Positions 8,703 through 19,424 are shown, numbered from the stretch's first letter. The stretch is DNA of 64,000 bases from an uncultured Gammaproteobacteria bacterium (GCA_963848305.1 CAWKDC010000001.1:256001-320000); one strand, 5' to 3'. A program made the numbers and translations. Notes: generated by a model from the letters alone, not told the origin.

Positions 8703-9194
8703 CTACTGGTTCAAATGACGGGATACCACATCTTTCGTAGCCGTATAATCAGCCTCTCTTGCACGTACTCGTTGTTCATACAACGACCATACGGTTAGAT
8801 AGAAGTTATTTGTAGGAACAACTACGTCAGCAGGGATTTTTCCACCATGCTGCAAAAGTATATTAAGCACCCCAGCGCGACCATATTCAATGGCTATTTC
8901 AACAGGAGTTTTTAAGCCGTGCATATCATCTTTCACGTCGAGACTAGCACCATTAGTGCATAAGTCTTCAACTAATTCTTTATCATCTAAAAGCACAGCA
9001 TAGGTAATTGCAAATTCCGCACAATATCTTTGACCCATATCAGTATTTGCGACATCCAGGTAATGATCCAAAGGCCAGTCTAAATCAATCCCCTCAAGTA
9101 ATGACCAATATTTTATCAGTGGCTCGAGTTTAGCGATGGATTCCTGAGTGAGATCTCTGTATGTTTTTACCATGTTGGAGCGTGGGTTTCTCAT
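8703..9194 (-). CDS. Ankyrin-repeat protein
   Basis: LVEDLCTNGASLDVKD...KTPVEIAIEYGRAGVLNILLQHGG. Confidence 0.75.
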   Translation of the reverse strand: MRNPRSNMVKTYRDLTQESIAKLEPLIKYWSLLEGIDLDWPLDHYLDVANTDMGQRYCAEFAITYAVLLDDKELVEDLCTNGASLDVKDDMHGLKTPVEIAIEYGRAGVLNILLQHGGKIPADVVVPTNNFYLTVWSLYEQRVRAREADYTATKDVVSRHLNQ

Positions 9195-9487
9195 ATCTAT
9201 AGCACCTCATCTATTACTTCAACTTATTCAAAATCAAGACACATTCTACCCCTTCACTTAAACGACTGTCAAGCCCAGGCGATGAAATGCCGAATATCGC
9301 TCCTGTAGGCTTGCCGAGTATTGTCGCTGGTGGCATGCTGGATATAGTGATGCGAGGGCTTAGTGCCTAGCTCATCGCGTGGTGGCTGTATCATTCCCTT
9401 GCTTTCAGGCATCCCCTTCCCCTTCCATTCATCCTTGCCATATGATATGATCCCGTTTTAATCACTGAGCGTAAGGGCTTCAGCGCC

Positions 9488-10219
9488 ATGACAGTTATAT
9501 TCAAAATTTTTGACAAAACCTTTCAAGCTTCATCGGGTGTATACGGAACTGCTCGTTTTAAAGACTCCGATGAATATAAAGAAGTTAAAAAAAATCACTT
9601 ATCTATCATGAATGACATGGCTGCTGACAGAATGCTAATCACGAACCACGTGTTTGGTCTTCATGTTGTCGACGCAGACCAAGTAGCGGACTTCGCAGAT
9701 GAGCCTGATGCAGATGCTGCTGTCACTACGCTTCCAGGCGTACTATTGACCATTCAAACCGCAGATTGTGTCCCTGTGATGCTAGTAAGTGATGATGACA
9801 AAGTAATCGGTGCTGTTCATTGCTCTTGGCACACTACCAAAAATGGTATTCTAGCCAATGTCGTTTCTTTAATGATAAAAAAAGGCGCACGAAGTATTCG
9901 CGCTATCATTGGGCCTGCTATCCATCAGAAGTCATATGAAGTCGATCAGGCGTTTTACGAATCCATCATCTCATCAGCGCCTAGAGCATCCTACCTCTTC
10001 ATTCCATCAAAAAGACAAGGCCATTATATGTTCGACTTACCAGGGTTCTGCAAGCTGAAATTAAGTCAATTGAATATTTCAGAGGTGCTTGATCAGTGTG
10101 AAGACACTTATCAATACACAGATAAATATTACAGTTATCGTCGCGATGCACATCAAGGAATTTTAGGTGAAAGAAAAAATATATTATCGACTATCATGAT
10201 AATGGAAGCAGGAGCCTAG
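9488..10219 (+). CDS. YfiH/PgeF (LACC1/FAMIN-like) purine nucleoside enzyme
   Basis: ADAAVT, TADCVPV, AVHCSW, IGPAI..SYEV and YYSYRR motifs. Confidence 0.85.
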   Translation: MTVIFKIFDKTFQASSGVYGTARFKDSDEYKEVKKNHLSIMNDMAADRMLITNHVFGLHVVDADQVADFADEPDADAAVTTLPGVLLTIQTADCVPVMLVSDDDKVIGAVHCSWHTTKNGILANVVSLMIKKGARSIRAIIGPAIHQKSYEVDQAFYESIISSAPRASYLFIPSKRQGHYMFDLPGFCKLKLSQLNISEVLDQCEDTYQYTDKYYSYRRDAHQGILGERKNILSTIMIMEAGA

Positions 10220-10223
10220 TTTC

Positions 10224-10583
10224 ATGAAATACACACGAATTTATGCAGGAGATGACAAGCATTCTCATTTCGAAGATAGCGATTTTGAGATGTTTGATGC
10301 CATTATCGGTAAAATTAGTGCAACGATTCCAACAAATTGTTTATATTTTGGGGAGATAACCGATACTGATGAAATCAGCTGGCACAACCCACCCGTGCCA
10401 CAATTTGTGATCATGCTGGAAGGTTCCATGGAAATAGAAATTGGCGATGGGACTAAAAAAATATTCAACACGGGTGATATTGTGTTTATTGAGGATACCA
10501 CTGGGCAAGGACATGTGACGCGAGCAGCAAGCTCAGGGAAGCGCAGGTATCTGGTTATTCCAGTCACAAATCAAAGCGAATAA
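10224..10583 (+). CDS. Cupin-domain protein
   Basis: WHNPPVPQFVIMLEG...GDIVFIEDTTGQGH. Confidence 0.8.
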   Translation: MKYTRIYAGDDKHSHFEDSDFEMFDAIIGKISATIPTNCLYFGEITDTDEISWHNPPVPQFVIMLEGSMEIEIGDGTKKIFNTGDIVFIEDTTGQGHVTRAASSGKRRYLVIPVTNQSE

Positions 10584-11163
10584 TGGGCAATATCCTGCCA
10601 GGAGTTAAGAGCGAGGGTTGCGTTCCTATTTGCTTGCCCCTGACTTTCTCATAAAATGGTGCAGCATTGGCATCTGCTTCCAATGTGAAAAATTTCAACC
10701 CCTTTCGCTTTGCTTCATTTTTAACTGCTTCGGCTAAAATCCGTCCATAGCCTTTACCTTGATGTTCTGGAGCAACAAATAAAAGTCCAGGTGATGTTTT
10801 TTCAGATTGAATGGGTGATCGCGCCCAGCAGGCAATCACATGTCCATCTACTTCAACAACAAATGTTATCCAGTCGCTAATCATTTCTTTTGTGACTGTA
10901 AGCTCATCTGTCCAGATTTTGAGCCAGCTATCAGGGTATCCCCAACTAGCTTTGGAGCGGAAACTTTCTTGCGTCAGGAATTCTGCTTCTTCCAGCCTGG
11001 CAGGTCTTACAGTAATAGGGTATTCAATGCTAGTCAATTTTAAACGGTTCCACGTCGGCTTTAATCTCGAGTAATGATAGCATAGCTCGGCGGATATACT
11101 GCCTCCCCCTATATAGGCAAGCTTGCCAGATAGGGACGGATAACTCAGATTATCGTAGATCAT
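10564..11163 (-). CDS. GNAT N-acetyltransferase (true start probably near 11037)
   Basis: RSKASWGY, LFVAPEHQGKGYGR (acetyl-CoA loop) and ADANAAPFYEK. Confidence 0.8.
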   Translation of the reverse strand: MIYDNLSYPSLSGKLAYIGGGSISAELCYHYSRLKPTWNRLKLTSIEYPITVRPARLEEAEFLTQESFRSKASWGYPDSWLKIWTDELTVTKEMISDWITFVVEVDGHVIACWARSPIQSEKTSPGLLFVAPEHQGKGYGRILAEAVKNEAKRKGLKFFTLEADANAAPFYEKVRGKQIGTQPSLLTPGRILPIIRFDL

Positions 11164-11291
11164 GCTGGTACCAACACTTAGTGGTCACAGACCAATATAC
11201 ATAACAAAATGTTTTCTTTAATCTTTTTATATCAAAAAAGCCAGCTTTAAAACTTGACAAGCCGCAGCGCATCAGAGGATAATGACAGAAT

Positions 11292-11957
11292 ATGTTAAAA
11301 CAGCAATTCGAGGTACCAGGCATGAACCCACTACTCCACCCAAACACAGAAGGCTCCATTCGCGTCTTTCATATTACAAAGACACCGATTGATAAAATCC
11401 TTCGAGAAGGTCTTAAAACCGTTGCTCAGTTAATGAATGAGGGGGAAATGGAACGCAGAAACCCCTCTAGTTATGGTCTATTGCGAGATCAATATACTCA
11501 CATTTATTTTCGACCTGTTGAAAATGCTGATAACTATATTACAGCGATTCGCGGGTGTACATGGATCGCCATAGATGTGCATCCAGATAGCATTGTATAT
11601 GATTCCGAATTGAGATTTGAGCGAAACCTGTCCTATTACGCATCACAAATTACTTTGCGTGACTATGTAGCGCCAGGATCGGCAACGGGGATTACGCGTG
11701 GAGGTGAGATACTGATAACGCAACCAGTACTATCCCCTGAGATGTTTAGCGATAACAGCCGGGATTATTGGCTTAGAAAAGAAAATGAGGCAAAAAAGGT
11801 GCAGGTTCCCGATCCTCAGGTGTCTTCCGGTGCAGGAATTGTGAATAATAGCTATACATCGGCCCCGTTTATCCCGCGCTCATCAGAATTGCTCTCAAAT
11901 GTAGCCGTTAGACAGAAACAGCAGTCTCAAAATAAACATTGCTGTACTTTTTTATAG
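11292..11957 (+). CDS. Hypothetical protein, possible ADP-ribosyltransferase fold with C-terminal CaaX-like motif
   Basis: VFHIT...ILREGLK, HIYF and GEILI. Ends CCTFL. Confidence 0.5.
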   Translation: MLKQQFEVPGMNPLLHPNTEGSIRVFHITKTPIDKILREGLKTVAQLMNEGEMERRNPSSYGLLRDQYTHIYFRPVENADNYITAIRGCTWIAIDVHPDSIVYDSELRFERNLSYYASQITLRDYVAPGSATGITRGGEILITQPVLSPEMFSDNSRDYWLRKENEAKKVQVPDPQVSSGAGIVNNSYTSAPFIPRSSELLSNVAVRQKQQSQNKHCCTFL

Positions 11958-12143
11958 TATCTAGCTGTGTACCGCCGGTAACATTCGGTACATTTGAGCC
12001 GTAATCAGCTGTAAACCCAAAAACAGTGGCGCTTTCATCCTTTCGTACCCCTACACTTAAAACCCACTCTTAATCGGCCTTGGCTCTGATAATTCCGAAA
12101 TACTAGGCTGTACAGCACCACGCATTAACGATATACTCACCTC

Positions 12144-13172
12144 ATGATCAGAAGTTTATACACATCAGTCAACAGAATACTCAATCCCTTCACCCTAAGA
12201 GACCTCCTCCTCCAACAGGCCGAATACTTTTCCATGTTCTTAAGCAGGGCCGTCGGTCTCAACTGTACTTTGAAGCCAATCAGCCTCACTCCATTCTCCG
12301 CACCCAGGCACTTCGTTCTGGAGTCAGATGGCGAGCCCATGTCTGTTGAGCACAAACACAAAATCTTAGAATGGGGGCTTGAACACCATCCGAGCTGGTT
12401 TTGCCGATGGTGGAGAGATGAAGCATTTGAAGGAGATATGATCGTCTTAAATAAGGACGGTGATTTTTGTATTAACTCGCACGATCTGCTTAGATTGATT
12501 GTCGCATTAGACCCTTTCCTGGCCAATTCACTTAAAAATGTCGAAACCATGTTGAATCAGCGGTACAGCAAGACTCTGTCCCTTAAAATTCATCCCACCG
12601 ATTGGTCCATGGATCTTTATATCAATGACGAGACCTTAACTTCTGCTGAATTGCATGAATTTAGCGAAACATTACAAAACGATGTGTATAGAAAAACAGG
12701 CCGTCATATTAGCCTTTCATCCGGCTGGTCATTTACACGCGCTCCTGTGAGGGTCGTGCCATATCACGCTAAAATAGTCTCTGCAGATTCGTCTAGTCAA
12801 GACATGAGTGGTTCTACTACAATCGAAGAGAGGTTCAAACGAAAATTCCTCTGTCAATCTGAAGCAATTAAGTGTTCAGGCATACGGCTTTCTGTCAATT
12901 TCGATCTTCCTCCACTTTTTGACTTTTTAGACCTCAAATGCCCGAGCTATTTCCCATCAAGTCAAACACATATTCCGCCTGTTGAGCTCAGCATTGATCC
13001 CCACCCGGTTTTATTGTTGACGAAATGGCGGTTTGTGGGCATTAATATCAATGGAAATTGGTTTGGCGCGTCACAACAAGAGAAGGATTTCAGTGAAAAA
13101 TCCTGGGAGGAGGTCGCAAAACGAATGCTAACCCAACCAGAGGATAAAAGAAAAGCGCTGACTTATTTTTGA
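12144..13172 (+). CDS. Hypothetical protein
   Basis: 342-aa ORF with no recognised motif. Confidence 0.55.
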   Translation: MIRSLYTSVNRILNPFTLRDLLLQQAEYFSMFLSRAVGLNCTLKPISLTPFSAPRHFVLESDGEPMSVEHKHKILEWGLEHHPSWFCRWWRDEAFEGDMIVLNKDGDFCINSHDLLRLIVALDPFLANSLKNVETMLNQRYSKTLSLKIHPTDWSMDLYINDETLTSAELHEFSETLQNDVYRKTGRHISLSSGWSFTRAPVRVVPYHAKIVSADSSSQDMSGSTTIEERFKRKFLCQSEAIKCSGIRLSVNFDLPPLFDFLDLKCPSYFPSSQTHIPPVELSIDPHPVLLLTKWRFVGININGNWFGASQQEKDFSEKSWEEVAKRMLTQPEDKRKALTYF

Positions 13173-13265
13173 GATATCTTTCCACGTCTTTACATGGCGA
13201 GCACGCCGGACAAACATGTCCCGGACTCGCATCCGGGATTGCTCGGAGTACATCGCGTATTTGCC

Positions 13266-13421
13266 TTTAGACCCTCCCTTTTTAGTACCAACTTAAATTA
13301 GAGGTCTCCGGAGTGGTCAAACGGTATTGAACGGGTGTCATGCAGTTTAAAGCCTGATGTGGCCGTTCTTCGTTGTACTCTTTAATCCATGCTTCTGTTA
13401 TCTCTTTTCACTTTCAGACTA
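13266..13421 (-). mobile_element. IS3-family remnant (transposase 3' end plus degenerate IRR)
   Basis: Minus strand encodes EITEAWIKEYNEERPHQALNCMTPVQY...SWY*, then TGGTACTAAAAAGGGAGGGTCTAAA. Confidence 0.75.
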
Positions 13422-13715
13422 TTCTTCGCAATAATTCTCACCGCCGATCAATGGGATTAATCTACAAAGTACTTCGTCAATAATATGTTCATCTGCATGA
13501 ATGCTTGAAGGAGTCATATTTTTGAGCAGTTCTTTTTCTGAAAAATGAAGTCTTTTTTTAGGCCAAGGCTTAACCTTTTTCACTGTAAACACATCTTCTG
13601 TGACATCCACGATAACTTTCGTTCCTTCAGTAAAATGCGGGATATCTCGCATTATGCCGGATACTCTGAGGGCTAATCCATTGCCCCATTTTTGTATACT
13701 TGCTTCTGTCTTCAC
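13419..13715 (-). CDS. mazE: AbrB/MazE antitoxin, apparently fused to the C-terminal tail of a deleted MazF
   Basis: IQKWGNGLALRV AbrB motif. The tail IIDEVLCRLIPLIG resembles a MazF C-terminal helix. Confidence 0.75.
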   Translation of the reverse strand: MKTEASIQKWGNGLALRVSGIMRDIPHFTEGTKVIVDVTEDVFTVKKVKPWPKKRLHFSEKELLKNMTPSSIHADEHIIDEVLCRLIPLIGGENYCEE

Positions 13716-13810
13716 GATAAGTTACCTCTAAAATAATCTTAACCTGAAAAGCACATACTATGTATCAACATCTGTCAAGCACTTTGTTCAATCAGCTAAA
13801 ATGACACGAT

Positions 13811-13835
13811 CCCGAGCCCATTATATGGGCTCGGG
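13811..13835 (-). terminator. Hairpin downstream of the oxidoreductase gene
   Basis: cccgagcccat-tat-atgggctcggg, a perfect 11-bp stem. No clear U-tract. Confidence 0.5.
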
Positions 13836-13844
13836 TATCCAAGC

Positions 13845-15458
13845 TTACTGCGGCTTTCTCTTCGAGCTGGCATATGCCAATACAGGATGATCTCCAGAGG
13901 TATCCACGCTTTGGCTCGCTTGCACGGCAGCGGGCGCAAAGGAAACGCCACCAGAGCCTAACCCTGTGGTCACGCGAGCGTTGGCAACTGGAACACCGTT
14001 TTGATAAACACGCCCTAGTGTGGGGAAGCCATCATATGCAACCGCACGAGAGCCAACGCCGCGTATCGCCTTACCTGAGCTGACCAGTTGCTGCAAGTCT
14101 GCTTCCGTCAATTCTTGACCATGAGTATTTCGTCCTAAGGCAGCTGAAATCAATTCAGGCAATACATTGTTGATCATATTCAATTGCAACAAATTTCGAT
14201 TTTTCGCAAAATCTTGTTCAGCTGTAGGTACTTGATCACCATAAAATGCTTTTGTTCCTGCTACGGCGATAGAGAGTTCAGGCCCCCGTTTTCCGGCTTG
14301 CCAGGCTAATACAACTCCTTGCTGGTGAACTTCCATGTAGTGATTAAAGGACTTATATTTTTCCAACATGTCATCTGAAACACGAAAGGATAACCTGAGC
14401 GCAGCGCCAGCAAATATGGCATAAGCAGGTTCATTAAAACCAAATTTCCTCAATGTGCCAACGGATTCGCCAGGACAAAATACATATTCATGATTGTCAT
14501 ATGTATGATGATGAGATTCCTTTTTGAAATTTGAAAAGAATAGGCCGTTTACGCGACTTCCAGACCCATTTTCAGTGGTTGAAACGTTACTGACCTCGCG
14601 GTTAAATTTAATGCGGAAATTGTCTTTGTCCTGATGTGATACATTGGATGTGTACTGCCCCATCACTTTACTCAAATAAGTGGAGAATTTAGGCAGAAAA
14701 GTTGCAACGTGCAAACAGCCGCCTGGACGCCATAGGGCTACCGCATCACTTTTCCAAACAAGCTCGCCATTCAATTCAATCGAATTTGTTTTGCAAAAAT
14801 CTACCAACGAAATATCCCGTTTCATAACCTCAGCAGGAGACAATATTTCACAATGATGATATCCCAGTTTGTCGTAATCGTTCATCATATCTTTGGCTCT
14901 TTGTGCTGCATCGGGAATACGTTGGATTAAATCTATCCGATACCCTTCTTGCAATACTTTTTTATCTGTTTCTCGGCATGGATTGTAATTGGAGTCTCGC
15001 ATGATTTTTTTCAGCTCATCATCTCCATTCTGATAAATATCTTCCCATAAATCCATGCTCAGTTTGCCAAGGGTCAGCAGAGCTTCGGTGCGTGCCAGAT
15101 GGCCTGCCTCGTCTTTACTGTATTCTTCAACAGCCCTAATGAATTCTTTTGCTGCTGCGGATTCATTAATTCCTTCTACATCATTGACACGAACGCCCCC
15201 AGGCACGCTGAATAAATCTTTGAGCTTTTCAACCAGCAAGGTGCCTCTCGGAACCACTGAGAGAATCTCATCTGGTGTTAAACTGGGGGCAATTTTTGCG
15301 GCAGTTGTTTGGTCAAACCTTTCATTTTTTTCATAAATGGTCGCACGTAATCGTTCGTTTTTTTTCTGCGCCTTGAGGTAAGCAAAATAAACCTCCATAA
15401 ATCCGATGATACCGCCACCGATGATAGTGACTTTATTTTGTGCATAGTCATTAGGCAT
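13845..15458 (-). CDS. FAD-dependent oxidoreductase (DAO-like)
   Basis: KVTIIGGGIIG Rossmann motif and C-terminal GSRAVAYDGFPTLG...TGLGSGGVSFAP. GGAGG RBS precedes ATG 15458. Confidence 0.8.
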   Translation of the reverse strand: MPNDYAQNKVTIIGGGIIGFMEVYFAYLKAQKKNERLRATIYEKNERFDQTTAAKIAPSLTPDEILSVVPRGTLLVEKLKDLFSVPGGVRVNDVEGINESAAAKEFIRAVEEYSKDEAGHLARTEALLTLGKLSMDLWEDIYQNGDDELKKIMRDSNYNPCRETDKKVLQEGYRIDLIQRIPDAAQRAKDMMNDYDKLGYHHCEILSPAEVMKRDISLVDFCKTNSIELNGELVWKSDAVALWRPGGCLHVATFLPKFSTYLSKVMGQYTSNVSHQDKDNFRIKFNREVSNVSTTENGSGSRVNGLFFSNFKKESHHHTYDNHEYVFCPGESVGTLRKFGFNEPAYAIFAGAALRLSFRVSDDMLEKYKSFNHYMEVHQQGVVLAWQAGKRGPELSIAVAGTKAFYGDQVPTAEQDFAKNRNLLQLNMINNVLPELISAALGRNTHGQELTEADLQQLVSSGKAIRGVGSRAVAYDGFPTLGRVYQNGVPVANARVTTGLGSGGVSFAPAAVQASQSVDTSGDHPVLAYASSKRKPQ

Positions 15459-15588
15459 GATAATTTCCTCCAAAAATTTATTTATCGTATCATGAAAAAA
15501 ATGAGATGCGCAATATTTATTTTCACAAAAAGTTTTTGTTTTTCAACTGACAACTGAAAGTGTGATAAAGGTTGAAGTACACTGAGCG

Positions 15589-17244
15589 TCATTTCATCGC
15601 CGCCGGTGATCTGATGACCTGTAAAGTGGCTGGTGATTCAACAGGGCTCAGCGTTGGCGTATCGGCTCTATTGCTTGCACGCTCACTGTGATTATCTTTA
15701 TCCTGAGATCCACAACTCGAAGATGAAGATGAAGCAGTGCTGTAATTGTTATGACGGTAACTCGAAGTACGTGCGCTAGAACGTCTGCTTGATTCGCTTT
15801 CGTTAATGCGAGACGAAGATGGCTCCCCCCAAGTATTAGGCGTGAATAATAATGACACTTCAGGGCTAGAACATTTATATTGTTCAGCATATTTATAGAA
15901 AAACATTTTATCACTAGATTTTTCTCTGATCGCATTCAATAAATATTTGTCATGTTCTAGCAACTCTCGAAATGAAACATTACCCGAACATACTGCGTCG
16001 AAGTATCGCTGATATTTTTCTTCACCATCTGATGCCTGCTGCTCAAAAATAGCTTTGATGTGATCACTGATATTTCCCCACAATAGCATATTAAGCTCTT
16101 GATAAATGTTAAGGAGCGTTTCTCTGATAGAGATGATGTCTTTCAATAATTGCTCGAAATCATTTGAGTTGTAACTCGTCATCAGATCTTCGTCGAATGT
16201 TTTAATAAATTTCAGTCGTGGTGAACCGTTGATATTAATTTCATCCACACTAAAGCTATCAATGAAGAACAATCTGAATTGATTCAAAACATCTAAGAAT
16301 TTATCCATTTTCCCTTTCATTTGATGTAAGGGTTCTGGCGATGTCAAAAAGTCAGCGCTCAGTGCCAAAATTTCTAGCGCAAATACCATTGCATCAGGCG
16401 TATCAGATCTGTCGGATTCTGCACTGAAAATGGCAATCCAATTCAGCATGTCTTGGTGTTTTTTAGCTAATTTTTTCGCATCATTGAGGGTAATATCAAA
16501 TGAAAGTTTTTCATCCCTGTCTTTGGAAAGACGGTAATGTGTTCTTTTGATATTTCTGATTAAACACACATAGCCTTCCGGCGAAGTCCATTTTTCCAAC
16601 AAGAGTAGACGCATGCAATGGTACCCTTTGGCAATTGGATTTTTTTCATGTTCATATTTTATAAAACGTTTATTGTAGTTATCAATAATAAAGGCTATGA
16701 TGGTCTTCAATAAGGATGGTGACAACGGTGATCGAGCCGAAGCACCAATATGGGATGTATAATCTTGCTCATAGAGTTCATTGGCATGAATCATTTCTTG
16801 GGTGAATCGAGATGGCCCCCAAGGCTTTTTATCTTCATATCCCGTTCGAACCACGTGGGTCGACATGCTGAACATGCGCCTACTCTCCCCTGTTTCATGA
16901 TCGGGTCGTCCTGTTCTGGGCGTTCTCGGTGTTAAGGGTTGGCTGTATAAGATATCTCTGTCCATCAGATTCGCAAGTGCGTTGGTGAGAGCGGATACTC
17001 GGGCTGCCTCTTCACTATCGTGTCGTCGGGTGATAAAACGCCACAAACGTGCCCAGCGGGAAAGCCTTCGAACAGGTAATGGAGACTTTAGGATTCGGGT
17101 AATGGCTTCATGCAACTCTTCTCTGCTTAAGTCATGTTGATTCGCGTTGCTTATCAACTCAACCAATGGTTGATAGCAATGTATTAAAGGGTACTGATGA
17201 ACGATAGTCAATAATTCGTTTTTATAGTCTTCTGTTATATTCAT
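15589..17244 (-). CDS. Hypothetical helical protein with Ser/Arg-rich disordered C-terminus (effector-like)
   Basis: About 550-aa ORF with a low-complexity tail. Confidence 0.65.
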   Translation of the reverse strand: MNITEDYKNELLTIVHQYPLIHCYQPLVELISNANQHDLSREELHEAITRILKSPLPVRRLSRWARLWRFITRRHDSEEAARVSALTNALANLMDRDILYSQPLTPRTPRTGRPDHETGESRRMFSMSTHVVRTGYEDKKPWGPSRFTQEMIHANELYEQDYTSHIGASARSPLSPSLLKTIIAFIIDNYNKRFIKYEHEKNPIAKGYHCMRLLLLEKWTSPEGYVCLIRNIKRTHYRLSKDRDEKLSFDITLNDAKKLAKKHQDMLNWIAIFSAESDRSDTPDAMVFALEILALSADFLTSPEPLHQMKGKMDKFLDVLNQFRLFFIDSFSVDEININGSPRLKFIKTFDEDLMTSYNSNDFEQLLKDIISIRETLLNIYQELNMLLWGNISDHIKAIFEQQASDGEEKYQRYFDAVCSGNVSFRELLEHDKYLLNAIREKSSDKMFFYKYAEQYKCSSPEVSLLFTPNTWGEPSSSRINESESSRRSSARTSSYRHNNYSTASSSSSSCGSQDKDNHSERASNRADTPTLSPVESPATLQVIRSPAAMK

Positions 17245-17469
17245 TGAGGGCTCTCCCAAGTCTTAATGGTAATGCAAATAATTTCTTAATAAATAGTAGT
17301 AGGTCATTCTGAAATTAGCAAGTTTCCTAGGATTTGATATTTAACATTCTGAATTAAAATAAATTGGGCATACGGATTGTTTTTAATGATAATACACTAT
17401 ATCATTCATAAGAACTCAAGGGGTAGCACCCCGCACGGACGAATGTTATCAAACGGATAGGAATTTCTT

Positions 17470-18438
17470 ATGAAGACGTTACTCACAGTGATCTTGGCGC
17501 TGTCCATCATGCCAGCATTTGCTGCTGATACCAATCAATTTGTCTATATCACTAATTACTGGTACGACGGCTCCACGCCTGCCATCACATTGTGTTCAGT
17601 CAAACAGAGCGATGGATCATTTACCAATTGCCAAGATTCAGGGTTTACCATAGAGGATTTAACCGCACCAGCTCAAATCACTTTTGGCTACAGCCATGCG
17701 TATGTGACCACTGTAGATGGTCCTGTTGTGCAGTGCGAAGTGTCGAACAAAACAGGTCTGCTCTCTGATTGCGTCGAAGCTGGTGATGTTGAAGATACCG
17801 ATATTATCGGTATTGAGTTGATCACTTCCAATAATGGCCCCTCCTTTGCCTATCTGGCTGATGCGAATGCGGAAGGTCAGCTTTGGCAATGCCCTGTTGA
17901 TCTCGGGTCAGGACTTTTTGGCACATGCGCCACAAACAGTCAGAACTTCACTAATGGGTTGAGCTTCGCAACCTTGCAAACATTCAGTAACAAATACCTT
18001 TATCTGCCAGAGGGCGATTTTTGGGAGGATGAGCAGCCCATATGGAAATGTGAGGTCAATCTGCTCACGGGTGCCATACCTGATACCTGCGCTGACTCAG
18101 GTGCTGGCGCGATTTTCGACGGCCCTGGTTCTATTGAATTCATCACCATCAATGACAATACCTACGCTTACATCACGAGCTACAATGATGGCACAATCAT
18201 TCTTTGCTCAGTGGATACAGAGGGCAACTTGAGCGACTGCAGTCCTTTGTCACAAACATTCTTTGAGCCAGGGCAAATTGCATTACCCGTGATTCAAAAC
18301 ACACATTATTTCTATGTGACAGATACATGTGGCGGTGATGTCGTCAAATGCATTATTGCATCTGATGGCACATTGAATCAGTGCGGAAATGTTCTGACAA
18401 ACATGAGCGCACCCTACGGACTGACATTTTTCCCTTAA
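17470..18438 (+). CDS. Secreted Cys-rich beta-propeller-like repeat protein
   Basis: Signal peptide. About 7 repeats of (A/L)Y....C.v....G.l..C. Confidence 0.75.
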   Translation: MKTLLTVILALSIMPAFAADTNQFVYITNYWYDGSTPAITLCSVKQSDGSFTNCQDSGFTIEDLTAPAQITFGYSHAYVTTVDGPVVQCEVSNKTGLLSDCVEAGDVEDTDIIGIELITSNNGPSFAYLADANAEGQLWQCPVDLGSGLFGTCATNSQNFTNGLSFATLQTFSNKYLYLPEGDFWEDEQPIWKCEVNLLTGAIPDTCADSGAGAIFDGPGSIEFITINDNTYAYITSYNDGTIILCSVDTEGNLSDCSPLSQTFFEPGQIALPVIQNTHYFYVTDTCGGDVVKCIIASDGTLNQCGNVLTNMSAPYGLTFFP

Positions 18439-18453
18439 ATTGAGGATGGTATC

Positions 18454-19424
18454 TTGAAAAAATGCATTGTTTCGTTTGCCGTGTTGGCTTTCTCTCATGT
18501 GGGATTGGCTACCTCTCCCAATAATAAGTTTGCGTATATCACAACACTGGGCGATGCCCCGTACCCTATTGTGCTGTGCAGCGTAAAACATTCCGATGGT
18601 TCATTTTATAATTGCGGTGATTCCGGCTTTTCCTATGCAGAACTAACGCGCCCTGGGCAAATCGTCTTTCACAATGGTTACGCTTACGTAACCACTTATG
18701 TGGCCCTGTTTTGAAATGCGATATCGATAGTGAAACAGGCATACTATCGAGTTGTGATGTTGTTGCAAATCTGGCTGATACCAATATCATTGGCATTGCC
18801 TTTAAAGAAACAACCACCGGTCAATTATTTGCATACATTGGCGATGGGAATCCTGATGGGCAGCTTTGGCAATGTCCTGTGGATCCTGTCTCCGGTTCAT
18901 TTGGCACTTGTGTGACAAATAGTCAACCATTTGCAAATGGTCTCCTCTTTGAAACGCTGAAAGAGTTCAATGGAAAAACATATTTATACTTACCAGATGG
19001 TAATTATGGTGATCCCGACCAACAAGTGTGGAAATGCCCGATTGATCCTGTCACAGGAACAATTCCCAATTCTTGCCCTGATTCAGGTGCCGGCACTCTA
19101 TTCAATGGACCCGATGCCATTGCATTCACTTCATGCAGTGGTGTCCAGTATGCGTATATCGCCAATTATAATAATGGCATCGTGAATAAATGCCATGCAG
19201 GACCCAATGGGAATTTGCAAAGTTGTACAGCATTATCCCATTCATTCGACGTGCCTAATCAAATTGCATTGCCAGTGATTGCTGGGAAGAATTATTTTTA
19301 TATGGCTGATTTAGGCGCTGGCGATGTTATAAAATGTGATCTTGGTGTAGATGGTAGCTTATCCTATTGCGAAAATGTTGACACAGGATTATCGGCGCCA
19401 TTTGGCTTGACCTTCTATCCCTGA
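18454..19424 (+). CDS. Paralog of 17470-18438, frameshifted near 18700
   Basis: ORFs 18454-18714 and 18711-19424 align end to end with the upstream paralog (AYVTT..GPV..C). One base is missing. Confidence 0.75.

Noticed and set aside
11968-12020. gtgtacc...ggtacat inverted motif as another element end
   Set aside because: No partner end, core match or adjacent recombinase was found.
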